A DNA stretch of 64,000 nt from Candidatus Bathyarchaeota archaeon (GCA_963726255.1 CAVSBL010000002.1:64001-128000), one strand, 5' to 3'; positions 42,848-53,612 are shown, counted from the stretch's first letter. Numbers and translations are program-made. Notes: a model not told the origin generated them from the letters alone.

Positions 42848-43921
42848 TTGAGAATGCCAGGGGAATCACTAACGCTAGGCGCTGTGGACATGCCAGTGAC
42901 TACACTCGACAACAATTCTTCGAGAGATGGCCTGGTTCATCAGTCCATCATACTCACAATTGTTGCGGCTATAATTGCGCTAGCGGCCGTTTTGAAGTCG
43001 CCAGAGCTATCAGCGGTCTTCTTTTCTCTCTTCACTAGGCTTCCGCAATTTTCTGAGCTCTACGCTCACTTCGATGCGGCGTTTATCCGAGGCCAGGCGG
43101 AAATGTTGCAAAGTCTCTCGGGCCAGATGATGGCTAAAGGAGAATGGGGCTCATTCGACTTCAGACCCCGATCTCTACCCTTTGGTATGAAACTGAAATA
43201 CCTGTTCGTGGTTGCGGCGACGGACATTTCAGTCATCATTCCGACATTGAATGAGGAAAAATACCTGCCCAACTGCCTCAGCTCGCTCATTAACCAATCA
43301 AGGAAAGAATTCCGTGAAATTATCGTCGTAGACGGGGGAAGCACCGATCAGACCGCTCAGGTGGCTCAAAAATACTCCGATAGCGTCCTGGTGAAGCCAG
43401 GGCAAACTGTGGGGGCATCTCGAAACATCGGTGCGTTAGCAGCCAAGGGTGAAATTCTCGCCTTCATAGATGCAGACACCATTGCCTCTGTTGACTGGCT
43501 CGAAGAAATTTCCCGCTCGTTCCATGACGATCCAGGGGCGGTTGGGGTAACAGGCCCAACACTGCCTTACGGGGGAACCAACTTGGACCAACTTGCTTAC
43601 CACGTAGCTACGGGATGGGCGCAACGGTTTTCGTTGAAACTCGGTCTACCCCATGTTGCCGGATTCAACTGCGCATACAAGAAGGAATCTTTCTGGGACG
43701 CAGGAGGATTCGACGAGAGCAGGGAGCTCTCCGAGGACGTGATGCTCAGCCTAAGAATTCGTCATCAGGGGCGTATAATCTTCAACCCTGACATGATGGC
43801 CTACACGTCGCTCAGGAGAATCAAGAAATACGGCTACCCTTACCTGACAACATACTACGCGATTAACGCTGCCATGCTGCTACTGTTCAAGAAGAACCTC
43901 GGATACCCTAAGGTCCGTTGA
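42848..43921 (+). CDS. Family 2 glycosyltransferase (catalytic part starts at about 43190)
   Basis: SVIIPTLNEE, VVDGGSTD, FIDAD and GGFDE..SED; N-terminal extension uncertain. Confidence 0.88.
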   Translation: MRMPGESLTLGAVDMPVTTLDNNSSRDGLVHQSIILTIVAAIIALAAVLKSPELSAVFFSLFTRLPQFSELYAHFDAAFIRGQAEMLQSLSGQMMAKGEWGSFDFRPRSLPFGMKLKYLFVVAATDISVIIPTLNEEKYLPNCLSSLINQSRKEFREIIVVDGGSTDQTAQVAQKYSDSVLVKPGQTVGASRNIGALAAKGEILAFIDADTIASVDWLEEISRSFHDDPGAVGVTGPTLPYGGTNLDQLAYHVATGWAQRFSLKLGLPHVAGFNCAYKKESFWDAGGFDESRELSEDVMLSLRIRHQGRIIFNPDMMAYTSLRRIKKYGYPYLTTYYAINAAMLLLFKKNLGYPKVR

Positions 43922-43944
43922 AATATCTACCGAACTAAGCTGCT

Positions 43945-44577
43945 TCATCTGTTTCCCATCCAAATCCTTGGCACTTGGAGGACCCACAATACGATCAATG
44001 GAACATACCAGAAAATCACTCTCACAGGAGTTCCCTCAAACCTCCATGCCAAGAACTGAGGAAGGGTGCTCACCAAGAAAAGAAACGCCGAGATGAAGAG
44101 CGTATTCCTTATTCTCTTTTGCTGACCTAGCAGGCGAGCGGGGATCAATCTTCTCTCCTCGGTAGTCAACATATGAGTGAACAGCCCCAAAATTGCCATA
44201 AGGCCGGCCAGGTCTAGCGCATAGACAACGGAGGCATAATCGTACAGCGAAACTGCTTCCGCTGAATTCAGAAGACTCAGCAAGTATGGTTCAACGGATA
44301 CTAGAAACAGTAATGCTATGTTCAAGAAAACCGTCGTCCCAGTTTCTAGCGGGAGCGTGGACATTATCCGAGTATAACGTAGCCACACTGAAATCAGAAT
44401 TATGAAACTAAATCCGAAGCCGAGAACGTCACCTCTAATGTCCGCCGGTGTACTTGGGGGTTTGCCGACGAGTGTTAACGCGCCTATCGATAAGGCCAGT
44501 CCGAACACGAGGTCGGAAAGTGTTTCAATGCGCGGTCTGGGAATCGTCTGTCCTCTGTTCCGTGGCAAAGGTTTCAT
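43945..44577 (-). CDS. TMEM175-family (DUF1211) potassium channel-like protein
   Basis: RIETLSDLVFGLALS (RxxxFSD-like) with 6 TMs. Confidence 0.8.
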   Translation of the reverse strand: MKPLPRNRGQTIPRPRIETLSDLVFGLALSIGALTLVGKPPSTPADIRGDVLGFGFSFIILISVWLRYTRIMSTLPLETGTTVFLNIALLFLVSVEPYLLSLLNSAEAVSLYDYASVVYALDLAGLMAILGLFTHMLTTEERRLIPARLLGQQKRIRNTLFISAFLFLVSTLPQFLAWRFEGTPVRVIFWYVPLIVLWVLQVPRIWMGNR

Positions 44578-44661
44578 TCATCCAAAATGACATGAGAGAG
44601 TGGGTTATCGCAACAGAATTTCACTGGCAACCCTTAAAGCTCTATTTAATCGGGCCTCACC

Positions 44662-44844
44662 ATGATTCGAATGAGAATCCACTTCTGGCCATTTCTGGTT
44701 GGTGCGTTGGTCCTCATCTGGGGCATCGCAACTCTGGCAACTGAAGTTCTGGGAATAAAAATACCGATATCTTGGTGGGCCGTAGTCGCAGTAATCGTAG
44801 GCCTTTGGATTCTTTCGCGCGCAGTCCGCAAACCGCAGGCATAG
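44662..44844 (+). CDS. Small two-TM membrane protein
   Basis: 60-aa hydrophobic ORF ending 4 nt before trpB2. Confidence 0.6.
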   Translation: MIRMRIHFWPFLVGALVLIWGIATLATEVLGIKIPISWWAVVAVIVGLWILSRAVRKPQA

Positions 44845-44848
44845 CCAA

Positions 44849-46153
44849 TTGAAGCAAGCGCAGATCGCGCTCCCTCTCGACGACCTCCCAAGGAAATGGT
44901 ACAACATAATTCCAGATCTCCCCTCTAAACTCCCTTCACCAAAAGAACCTGGCGAAGGGGAGTCGAGGATGGAAGCATTAGGAAGGCGGATGATAGGTGA
45001 ATGCCTCAAACAAGAATCATCAGACTCGCGGTGGATCGATATTCCTGAAGGAGTGCAAGAGCTCTACATCCAAGCTGGACGACCACGGCCACTCTACAGA
45101 GCCTACCGACTCGAGAAAAAACTGGGCTTAAAGAAAGTTCGAATCTACTACAAGAGAGAGGACCTGAGCCCAACCGGTTCCCACAAAGTGAACACGGCCC
45201 TTCCACAAGCCTACTACGCCGCGAGAGAAGGCAAGAAGGTTCTGGTCACAGAAACCGGTGCAGGGCAGTGGGGCACTGCCTTGGCCTACGCTGCAAGTTT
45301 GATGGGGCTCTCGACCGTAGTCTTCTGGGTCCGAGCCGTCTACGATTGGAAACTCGAACGAAGAGTTCTAATGGAATTGTATGGGGCAAAAGTCTACGCG
45401 TCCCCGAGCGACCAAACAACGTTTGGCAGGAAACTGCTCAGCGAAAACGCGAACCACCCTGGTTCTCTTGGGATAGCAGTTTCGGAAGGGCTCGAATTTA
45501 CTGATGGTTCGCCGGACAGGGTTTACTGCTTGGGTTCGGTCCTAAACCATGTGCTAATTCACCAATCCATAATTGGCCTTGAAACGATCAAGCAGTTCGA
45601 ACTTGCCGACGATTCGCCGGACTTGGTCGTCGCTTGCCTCGGCGGCGGGTCAAACTTCGGAGGAATTGCGCTCCCGTTCCTTGGCGAAGTTCTAGCTGGG
45701 AAGAGAGAATGCCAATTTCTCGCGGCTCAATCGGAGGCGGCGCCTAACTTAATCAAAGGCGAGTACAGGTACGATTTCGGAGACACCGCGGGCCATACGC
45801 CACTATTGATGATGTACACCCTCGGCCATGAAACGGTGATGAAGCCCATTCGCTCAGACGGGTTGCGCTACCACGCCGCTGCCCCAATCATTAGCGCCCT
45901 GAAACACGAGGGTTTGATTAGGGCTGTGGCCTATCCAGTTGACGAAGTGGCCGTCTTCTCCGCTGCCAGACTTTTCCTAGAGAGTGAGGGCTGGTTGATC
46001 GCAGGTGAATCGGCCCATGCGGTGCGGGCCGCAATTGATGAAGCGAAGCTGGCTGAGTCAAGAAACGAAGAGAAATGCATCCTCATGAACATTAGTGGAC
46101 ATGGCTTCCTAGACTTAGATGCCTACCGTTCGATCTTACGACTGGGCAGTTGA
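44849..46153 (+). CDS. trpB2: TrpB2-type tryptophan synthase beta-like PLP enzyme
   Basis: KWYNIIPDLP, SPTGSHKVNTA, TETGAGQWG, GGGSNF and GLRYH. Confidence 0.93.
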   Translation: MKQAQIALPLDDLPRKWYNIIPDLPSKLPSPKEPGEGESRMEALGRRMIGECLKQESSDSRWIDIPEGVQELYIQAGRPRPLYRAYRLEKKLGLKKVRIYYKREDLSPTGSHKVNTALPQAYYAAREGKKVLVTETGAGQWGTALAYAASLMGLSTVVFWVRAVYDWKLERRVLMELYGAKVYASPSDQTTFGRKLLSENANHPGSLGIAVSEGLEFTDGSPDRVYCLGSVLNHVLIHQSIIGLETIKQFELADDSPDLVVACLGGGSNFGGIALPFLGEVLAGKRECQFLAAQSEAAPNLIKGEYRYDFGDTAGHTPLLMMYTLGHETVMKPIRSDGLRYHAAAPIISALKHEGLIRAVAYPVDEVAVFSAARLFLESEGWLIAGESAHAVRAAIDEAKLAESRNEEKCILMNISGHGFLDLDAYRSILRLGS

Positions 46154-46168
46154 CAAGCAACGGGAAAC

Positions 46169-47035
46169 TCATTTCAGTTTCAAGAGGCGCTTCGCATTAT
46201 CTCGTAGAATCATGTCTTTGATTTCTGGGCTCACGCCGAGTGTTTCGAAGTCTTGTAGCCACCGTTGTGGGCTAAGCATGGGATAGTCTGTCCCGAACAG
46301 GAATTTCTGCGGGATCATTTTCGTCATGTACGTGATTAGAAGTGGCTGGAAGTACTTGGGGGACCACCCTGAAAGGTCCACGTACACGTTGTTCTTGTGA
46401 GTGGCGACTGCGAGCTGCTCGTCCTGCCATGGCCATCCGGGATGAGCCATGATTAGTTTCAGCTCGGGAAAGTCTGCAGCCACGTCATCCAACAGCATGG
46501 GGTCTGAGAAACGCAACTTTACGCCGCCACCGCCCTCCAACCCAGCGCCCCAGTACGTTGAACCAGTATGGAATGTGACCGGTACGCCAAGTTCAACACA
46601 CTTCGAGTAAAGCGGATAGTAGGCTCTATCGTTCGGTTCGAATGCTTGCACTTGCGGGTGCAGTTTTAGCCCCCTAAGATTCAGGTCTCGAATTGCGTAT
46701 TCGAGGTTCTTGACGGCGGATTTCTTATGGGGGTCAACTGACGCGAACCCCACGACGCGCTCAGGATATCGGTCAGCGACCTTTGCAACAAATTCGTTGG
46801 CGACCTTTGGCATGTGACTGGTGGTTTCGGCGTCCCAAGCGAAGAGAACTAATTTCTCAACGCCACATTTCGAGTATTCCTCAAGCATCTGCTCGAAAGT
46901 TTTGAGTTCTATGGCGCGTCCGAATTTCTTTGCGGCTGCTTCAACGTGGCGTCCGCCCGAGTCTATCAGGAATTCCTTGGTAGGTGGATGGACGTGGACG
47001 TCAATGTAACCATGTTCCATTGTCGAAGACAACAT
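46169..47035 (-). CDS. Amidohydrolase_2 family protein
   Basis: IDVHVH, GLKLHP, MAHPGWPW and LFGTDYP. Confidence 0.9.
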   Translation of the reverse strand: MLSSTMEHGYIDVHVHPPTKEFLIDSGGRHVEAAAKKFGRAIELKTFEQMLEEYSKCGVEKLVLFAWDAETTSHMPKVANEFVAKVADRYPERVVGFASVDPHKKSAVKNLEYAIRDLNLRGLKLHPQVQAFEPNDRAYYPLYSKCVELGVPVTFHTGSTYWGAGLEGGGGVKLRFSDPMLLDDVAADFPELKLIMAHPGWPWQDEQLAVATHKNNVYVDLSGWSPKYFQPLLITYMTKMIPQKFLFGTDYPMLSPQRWLQDFETLGVSPEIKDMILRDNAKRLLKLK

Positions 47036-47161
47036 CTACACCCTGTGCGCTTTAATGGTAATCCGCCCTGAGGTGATAAGGATTAGACATGTTCATTGTT
47101 TGTGGGCAAGACGTTTTTGTACGGGCGCTCGTTACCTGAGGAGTTCGGGTTCGGTTGGGAC

Positions 47162-47545
47162 ATGAAGCAAACATATTCAGCCCTAATAGGAATCACCGGC
47201 GGCATTGTTGACTTGGTCGCAGGCTTAGCGCTTCTTCAGCCTGCCGGGATGGCGGAAGAACCCATGATGGTTCCTTCCCCTGCCACATGGGGCGGCTATT
47301 TCCTTTTGGGCTTGGGGGTTATCGTACTATTGACTGGCCTATACCTGCTCACGTCGCGTATGATGAAGAACCGCTCAATCTTTGGAGCACTAATGCTGCT
47401 CTACGGCGTAATCATGTTGATTTTGGGGGTGGCTATGCTCGGACAAGTGTTCTCGATGATGCAGGGCTCGATGCTTTCGGGTGCTGTTATGCTTCTGATG
47501 GGAGCAGCGATGCTCTACAGTGGCTATGGGATGATTAGGAAATAG
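47162..47545 (+). CDS. Met/Gly-rich four-TM membrane protein
   Basis: Hydrophobic ORF; start placed at the ATG at 47162. Confidence 0.65.
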   Translation: MKQTYSALIGITGGIVDLVAGLALLQPAGMAEEPMMVPSPATWGGYFLLGLGVIVLLTGLYLLTSRMMKNRSIFGALMLLYGVIMLILGVAMLGQVFSMMQGSMLSGAVMLLMGAAMLYSGYGMIRK

Positions 47546-47724
47546 CCGGCTGATCGGAACGTATCGTTATCGTTCGATGCGCCAGCTTGGAGAGCTGGGA
47601 TTCCAAGGCAGTTTTGTGTTTTAGCATATCCTTGCTGACCTCATCGATTCTCCTCTGCACTTCCCTGTGACGCGCCATCAGAGCTTCCTTCTCGTTGCGG
47701 ACTTTGGAAAGTGAATCTTCGACC

Positions 47725-48777
47725 TTATCCCTCTTTCCGAGAAGCCCACTTCCGGAGTTGCCGCAACGTTTCCTGAATGTTTGCCTGAATGGTCAGGTAT
47801 TCCTGACGCATCTCATCGATAGCTCCATTCTTGACGCTTTGTATCGTGTCCTCCGCCTTTCGTCTTTTCCTTTCCTCAATGTCCAACTGACCGCACGATA
47901 ATTCCTCGCCCAACTGTCCGAGAATCTTGATGATGGCAAAGGATTGGCCGGTCGCTAGAGTTTCAACAGGCGAGTCTACCAAGCCACGTAAAGTTTGGAT
48001 GTCGAGAACAGGAGTCTGCTTAACCGATACAACTCTCTCAAGCTTGACAAGGGGTTTTGCGACTGGTTGGAAGAACTGCCTTATTTCGTCCTCTTTCGAC
48101 CGCAATGATTCCTCGTAACGTCTCAGTTCAAGAAATTCTCCTTGAGAGGCCAATTCCATCTGGGTTCGCAACAGATCCTTTTCTCGCTCTGCAATTGACT
48201 CTAGTAAACCGTCGCATTCGGTTTCCTCTTTTCTCAACGTGAGAAGGTCGTCCCGCCTTCGTGCCAAGATTTCCACGTCTCTTCGAAGAGACTCGATCTT
48301 GGCTCCAGGCGACTCATCCAATGCAGCACCAAGCGACCTTACAGAGGCCTCGAGTCTCGCGAGGGCGGTGTTGAGAGCAGCCATTTCGGTCTTGAGGCCC
48401 CTGTGAACTTTGGGAAGGTACTTTCGGATGGTCACTATGATCTTGTTGAGGGCTCTGACCGAATCTTGATGGAATTTTTCAGCGTCTGGAAATTTCGACG
48501 AAGTTTGTGCTTGGTATACCTCTTCCGCGGTTTCTTGTATTGTGTGCGCTAAGCGCATTCCATATTCAGAAACGGCCTTGTCCATAGTCCCCCAGGCGTT
48601 TTTCACGCTTGACCCAAATCGGCCTGCAGTGGCTGAGAGTGTGCTCGAAGCTTCTCTTACCGCCTTCATTCTTTCTGCAAACCGTTTTTCATGGTCCTTC
48701 ATTATGTCCCGTGTTAGTGAATCGCAGAACTCGACGATTTTCTCGATAGGGGCTTCGCTAACGCTCAGCGCAATCAA
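47725..48777 (-). CDS. Coiled-coil protein; C-terminus probably frameshifted near 47752
   Basis: Heptad-rich; an alternative frame continues SGLLGKRDKVEDSLSKVRNEKEALMARHREVQRRIDEV. Confidence 0.7.
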   Translation of the reverse strand: MIALSVSEAPIEKIVEFCDSLTRDIMKDHEKRFAERMKAVREASSTLSATAGRFGSSVKNAWGTMDKAVSEYGMRLAHTIQETAEEVYQAQTSSKFPDAEKFHQDSVRALNKIIVTIRKYLPKVHRGLKTEMAALNTALARLEASVRSLGAALDESPGAKIESLRRDVEILARRRDDLLTLRKEETECDGLLESIAEREKDLLRTQMELASQGEFLELRRYEESLRSKEDEIRQFFQPVAKPLVKLERVVSVKQTPVLDIQTLRGLVDSPVETLATGQSFAIIKILGQLGEELSCGQLDIEERKRRKAEDTIQSVKNGAIDEMRQEYLTIQANIQETLRQLRKWASRKEG

Positions 48778-48817
48778 CCTGTTCGATGCTTATGGACGTG
48801 ATATGCAGAATAAGGTT

Positions 48818-49699
48818 CTATTGAGTATTTTTCGGGTTTGCAGTAATCTGCGCTTTCGATGATCGGTCAAGTGCCTGAGTAACCGCTAGGCGAAGTTCTT
48901 GACAGGCTGCATTTCTCACTTCCAACGCGTCGTTAGAAGTGTTTCTGTTGAATTCAGCGAGCTTGGCCTTCAGCCCTTCTTGGCGTTCTCTCAGATGTTT
49001 ACTCTTAACTTCGAAGTTTGCCCTTAGTTCGTCCAGTTCGTGCTGGAGCAGTGTTCCGCTCTTATCAAATTCAGTTCTTTTCGATTGCAGCACGCTCGTG
49101 CTTTCTTCGAGTTTCGTCCCGGGCCTGTGTAGGATTCTTTCAATGATCGAAGGCCGTTTCCGGAGCAATTTCAGCCGTCGCTTATCGAGCACGTCAATTT
49201 CGCCCCTGAGCTTTCCCACGGCACGTTCGTTTCTTTTCCTGGCATTGTACGTCTGGGTCCCATACTCATGTTCGAGCTTTGAGAGTTCAAGTTCACACGC
49301 ATTCAATTCTTGCATTAGCTTTGATGCTTCTCCGGAACTGTCTTTCTCTGCTTCAATCTGCTTTTGCAGGGCCTCTCGAAGAGATGACAGAACGTTCTGT
49401 ACGGTTACTCTGTACGGCTGGTCTGCCATGTTCGGCAGCTTTGTCTCGAACTCCGTCAAGACTGCTTCCACATCCTTAATCCAGCGTTCAAAATGTTCAG
49501 AGAAAGGTGGAAGTGCGAAGCGTTGAGTTCCAAGGTGTTCGAGCGTGTTCAGGATTTTTGACGAAACTTGGGATGGATCGATGGGTATTGCTTCTTGATA
49601 GAATATCGAAGTTTCGTGTTCTTCTCTCCTTTCCTTTGAGTGTTTCTTAGTGGATGGCCTGCGGAATCTTGTGCCGCGCATCCTAGGCTCGGAGCTCAT
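48818..49699 (-). CDS. Coiled-coil hypothetical protein
   Basis: E/K/L-rich, 293 aa. Confidence 0.7.
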   Translation of the reverse strand: MSSEPRMRGTRFRRPSTKKHSKERREEHETSIFYQEAIPIDPSQVSSKILNTLEHLGTQRFALPPFSEHFERWIKDVEAVLTEFETKLPNMADQPYRVTVQNVLSSLREALQKQIEAEKDSSGEASKLMQELNACELELSKLEHEYGTQTYNARKRNERAVGKLRGEIDVLDKRRLKLLRKRPSIIERILHRPGTKLEESTSVLQSKRTEFDKSGTLLQHELDELRANFEVKSKHLRERQEGLKAKLAEFNRNTSNDALEVRNAACQELRLAVTQALDRSSKAQITANPKNTQ

Positions 49700-49739
49700 G
49701 AGTAAACCGTTCCCGTTTCATTGTATATATGAGAACGCA

Positions 49740-50297
49740 TTAGCTGCCAGTTCCTAACGGCGCTTTCCTGAGCCAAGAATAGTGAAGGGCTAAGCCGACA
49801 ACTAATCCGCCTGCGTGGGCCAAGAAACCGCCCCCTGCGAAAATGTCGAGGCCAATGAAAAAGACCATTCCCACAAGTCCTTTCACCCCTCCGGCTGCAC
49901 CGAGCAGACCCCATATCGCACCCGAAGCACCAACGCCGATAGCATCTCCCCCTAGGAAAAGGAAGGCGATGTTTCCTGCAAGCCCACTCGCGAAATACGT
50001 TGTCAGCCACTTTTTCGTAGAGACTTGTTCTTCCAAGGAAGTTCCGAATATCAACAAGAAGAGTACGTTTCCCCCTACATGGGCTGGGTTCGCATGCAGA
50101 AACATGGCTGTAAACAACATCCAAACTGCCCCCCGCCAAACGTCCGCGTTCACCTGGGCTAAAGGATAGAACATATCGTAATTCAGAGAGAGAATATTAC
50201 CTCCAGCGATTCCCATGCCGAAATATAGGATGACAAGGACCGCAGACATCCAAACTGACGGCGAATCCCTGATTCTCGAATTGTGATGGACCTGCAA
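49740..50297 (-). CDS. Rhomboid protease (second copy)
   Basis: TAMFLH, HVGGN, GASGAIWG and AHAGG. Confidence 0.9.
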   Translation of the reverse strand: MQVHHNSRIRDSPSVWMSAVLVILYFGMGIAGGNILSLNYDMFYPLAQVNADVWRGAVWMLFTAMFLHANPAHVGGNVLFLLIFGTSLEEQVSTKKWLTTYFASGLAGNIAFLFLGGDAIGVGASGAIWGLLGAAGGVKGLVGMVFFIGLDIFAGGGFLAHAGGLVVGLALHYSWLRKAPLGTGS

Positions 50298-50367
50298 GGC
50301 ATATTCACCCGAAGTCTCGATTCGTTTAGTCCGATTTAATAAGTAAAAGCACTATGTCAAGCAGCTT

Positions 50368-51246
50368 GTGTCCTCGGCTTCGGCGGAAGCATTTCAAGCT
50401 GGCGAACGAATCGCCAAGCTCTCTGTAATAACCCTACTCGGCATAGGGATAGTAGAACTAACGGTCGGATATTGGACCGGCAGCCTAGGGCTTAAAGCAG
50501 ACGGGCTTGACTCCGTCTCCGACTCTGTTATCTCCCTCATCGTTTGGCTCGGATTGCATTATTCCCGAAGGCGGCCGGATGCGCGTTTTCATTTCGGCTA
50601 CCAAAAGGTGGAGAGTCTATCGGCCCTTGTTGTATCAATCGGGATGGTTGGCCTCGCGGCGTACGTCATGTTTCAGTCATATTTGACGTTCCTGAATCCC
50701 AGGCTCATCGTATTTCCGACGATCGCTCTCGCAACCGTTCTCGCGTGTGGAACAATCTCAATGTACCGCGCATTTCAGATGAAGGGGATTGCGAATAAGT
50801 ATGGGCTGCTATCGCTACGGACAGATGCCAATAATTCAATCAAGGATGGAACAGCGTCATTCGTTGTCTTCGTTAGCGTTCTAGGTGCATCACTTGGCAT
50901 CCGCGAACTTGACGCAGTTGGCGGCATGATAATCGCGATATACATTTTCGGCGTCGCCTACATCGCATTCAGAGAATCCTCCTTGGTCTTGTTGGACGCC
51001 TGTGAGAGCCCCGAACTGACATCTGCGTTGGCGGCCGCGCTCAAGACAGTGGAAGGGGTACGAGGTGTAGCGAGCATAAGGCTACGGCCTTCCGGGCCCT
51101 ACCTCACTGGTATAATCGCTGTGCTGGTTGACGGTTCGAAGACTGTTACGGAGACTGAGAATTTGCGCAGAAGGTTGCTTGAAACAGTTTGGGCGGTCGT
51201 TGAGCCTATCGGTGAAGTATCTATCGTCTTCAGGCCTGAAGCCTAG
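50368..51246 (+). CDS. Cation diffusion facilitator transporter
   Basis: SLGLKADGLDS.SD, PD.RFHFGYQKVE and TDANNS.KD. Confidence 0.9.
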   Translation: MSSASAEAFQAGERIAKLSVITLLGIGIVELTVGYWTGSLGLKADGLDSVSDSVISLIVWLGLHYSRRRPDARFHFGYQKVESLSALVVSIGMVGLAAYVMFQSYLTFLNPRLIVFPTIALATVLACGTISMYRAFQMKGIANKYGLLSLRTDANNSIKDGTASFVVFVSVLGASLGIRELDAVGGMIIAIYIFGVAYIAFRESSLVLLDACESPELTSALAAALKTVEGVRGVASIRLRPSGPYLTGIIAVLVDGSKTVTETENLRRRLLETVWAVVEPIGEVSIVFRPEA

Positions 51247-51270
51247 TCTCAACAACCGCCGAATAGGAAA

Positions 51271-51894
51271 TCAAATGTGGTCTATGGACTCGTACCATGC
51301 GCTTAGCTTAGTAAACCGTTCAGGGAACCGGTTTCCTGAGTAGACGACTGGGTTAACTGCTCCGAAGACCGCAAAGTCAGCTAGGCTTGGCTTATCGGAT
51401 ACGAGGAAGCGGTGCTCCTTTAACATATCCTCAATGATTTGGAAATGAGCTTCCATGTCGGCCTTGAATTCGGGTCGTCTGACCTCCATAAGTTGGAGCG
51501 GACCGCGCTTCAATTCTTGGATTTCGACGAAGACCCAGCGTTCCAAATCGTCTTTGAACGTTTTGGGGAAATCGACGACAGCGTAGCGCCATACGATTTC
51601 CTCAAGGCGGTAGTGTGCCCAGTTTTCGATCGCTTTCGTCAAAGCTTTGGTTCCGTCGGGGTAAATCGTAGGGTTGGGTTGGAATTTTTCCAAGAAGTCT
51701 GGTATGTCGGAGTAGGTTACGGTTTGGCCATCGTTCACTATGGTCGGAACGTAGTCTTGGCCAGTTGCGCTGATGAGTTCCCTCTTATCATAGTAACCGA
51801 CATTTTTCGTCTCGTATTTGATCTGCTTGTAGTCCATGATTTTCTTGGCTTTAATGCACCAGTGGCTGAATGGTTCCTGATAGAAAGTGATCAC
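51271..51894 (-). CDS. Glutathione S-transferase family protein
   Basis: SHWCIK, GQDYVP and FL...PSLADFAVFG. Confidence 0.85.
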   Translation of the reverse strand: MITFYQEPFSHWCIKAKKIMDYKQIKYETKNVGYYDKRELISATGQDYVPTIVNDGQTVTYSDIPDFLEKFQPNPTIYPDGTKALTKAIENWAHYRLEEIVWRYAVVDFPKTFKDDLERWVFVEIQELKRGPLQLMEVRRPEFKADMEAHFQIIEDMLKEHRFLVSDKPSLADFAVFGAVNPVVYSGNRFPERFTKLSAWYESIDHI

Positions 51895-51916
51895 TTGATA
51901 GAAACCTCCCTATGTT

Positions 51917-52639
51917 TTATGTCTTGATTTTCTCGACCAGCAACATCTTTCCAAGTGTAGTCAACTTGACCTTGGTTTTTCCCCTAGAATGCCTAGTGGC
52001 TTGGGCGAGGCCGAGGTCAATTAGGCCGCGTGCATCCTCCGAGCCGTGAATATGGTAACTAAGTAGGGGTTTACCGTAGTTTGTAAGCTTGCTCAACTCG
52101 TCTAGGCTTTCAACTTCTCCCCCGGCCTTGTCCAATGCTCTGAGTATGTTCAACTTCACGTCCGAAACCAATTCAGTGTAACTGAGCTTCATTGGGGGAA
52201 GCATGACGCACTCATCCCCTTTGCAGAAGAACGCTTTGAACCCCAGAATGAACGAGGTGACGGCAGCGGCGATGCAAATCATCTTATCGCCACTGCTAAC
52301 GTTCAGCAGGAAATCATCAAACTGATCCTTGTTCTTTTCGACAATTTCTGAGAAGACCTGCATGATGTCCTTGTAGGAGTGTTCAGGCCTAATCGTGTCG
52401 TAAACCTCGACTTCGGCCTTGAGTGTCTCTGTTATGCGCGTTGCCAAGCGCTTAACCCCCTCCTTGTCGCGGTCATAACAAATTAACGCAAGCTTATTCG
52501 CGGGTGCGTTCCTTACCCCGGCGAGGACCCCTTCTGAATCCTCCCCCACGGTCGATATTTGGAGGGTTTTCCGGAAGGCCCCGCCTGATTCGTCCTCAGA
52601 TTCTTTTCTACGATGGCTTGCGGTCTCCAAAACTGTCAA
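51917..52639 (-). CDS. CARF-like Rossmann domain plus wHTH regulator (Csa3/DUF6293-like)
   Basis: ISTVG strand, LLNVSSGDK (CARF motif II-like), LP linker, wHTH SLDELSK...LSYHI...LTTLGK. Confidence 0.7.
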   Translation of the reverse strand: MTVLETASHRRKESEDESGGAFRKTLQISTVGEDSEGVLAGVRNAPANKLALICYDRDKEGVKRLATRITETLKAEVEVYDTIRPEHSYKDIMQVFSEIVEKNKDQFDDFLLNVSSGDKMICIAAAVTSFILGFKAFFCKGDECVMLPPMKLSYTELVSDVKLNILRALDKAGGEVESLDELSKLTNYGKPLLSYHIHGSEDARGLIDLGLAQATRHSRGKTKVKLTTLGKMLLVEKIKT

Positions 52640-52772
52640 TTTTCCCTTATCCTTTTCCTTGGAAGGGCCCGCCGTCGAAGTAAAGCTTGCTGGTCAGCGA
52701 GTCCTGCCTACTGCAAGCTGCGCTTTGCCAGAGGTGGAAAATCCTTCTAAGGCAGGCGATTAATCTGGTCCG

Positions 52773-53594
52773 ATGGCCTTGGGTATTAGGATAGGGTGCA
52801 GTGGCTGGTCATACGCCGATTGGGTCGGGCCATTCTACCCGAAGGATACTACGCCTCACGATTACTTGAAACTGTATTCGGGTGTCTTTGATTGTGTAGA
52901 GATTGATTCCACGTTTTACCGCACGCCGTCCCCAGCGATGGTGCAGCAATGGAATAGTGCTACCCCATCGGGTTTCTTGTTCGCGCCGAAGCTACCGAAA
53001 CGGATTACACACGACCAGCACCTGAAGGAAGTTTCATCTTATCTTGAGCACTTCGTCAGAACCTTAGCTCAGTTGCGGGAGAAGCTTGGGCCATTCGTCG
53101 TACAGCTCCCACCATCCTTCAAAATTCCTAAGCATGAGAAGGCCTTAGCCGACTTTATCGGAACCCTTGACCCACAGTATAAGTACGCTATAGAATTCCG
53201 TCACAAATCCTGGTTTAATCCGACCGTGGAAAAGCTGCTCCGAAGCAGGAACATCTGCCAAGTCTGGTCAGTTAACCAATACTTGACAACGCCGCCTACC
53301 GTGACCTCAGACTTCGTCTACATGCGCTTCGTCGGGGACCGAGAACTCACCAAATTCGGGAAGGTACAGAAGGATCAATCTAAGGTCACAAAGACCTGGA
53401 GTCAGACACTGCAAGAAGTTGGTGATGAGGTTAAGGACCGATTCATTTTCTTCAATAACCACTTCGCCGGTTTTGGCCCTGCCTCCGTGAACGAATTCAG
53501 GAGGCTAATGGGGCTGGTGCAGCTTGATTGGTCAGACTTGAAAGAACCTCAGGGCCCGCAGAAAACTCTCTTCGACTTCTCCAAACCACGCTAG
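52773..53594 (+). CDS. DUF72 (YecE-like) protein
   Basis: IGCSGWSY.DW.GPFYP, VEIDSTFY, QLPPSF, EFRH.SW and FFNNH. Confidence 0.93.
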   Translation: MALGIRIGCSGWSYADWVGPFYPKDTTPHDYLKLYSGVFDCVEIDSTFYRTPSPAMVQQWNSATPSGFLFAPKLPKRITHDQHLKEVSSYLEHFVRTLAQLREKLGPFVVQLPPSFKIPKHEKALADFIGTLDPQYKYAIEFRHKSWFNPTVEKLLRSRNICQVWSVNQYLTTPPTVTSDFVYMRFVGDRELTKFGKVQKDQSKVTKTWSQTLQEVGDEVKDRFIFFNNHFAGFGPASVNEFRRLMGLVQLDWSDLKEPQGPQKTLFDFSKPR

Positions 53595-53612
53595 TCTAAT
53601 GTTGGAGTCAAG

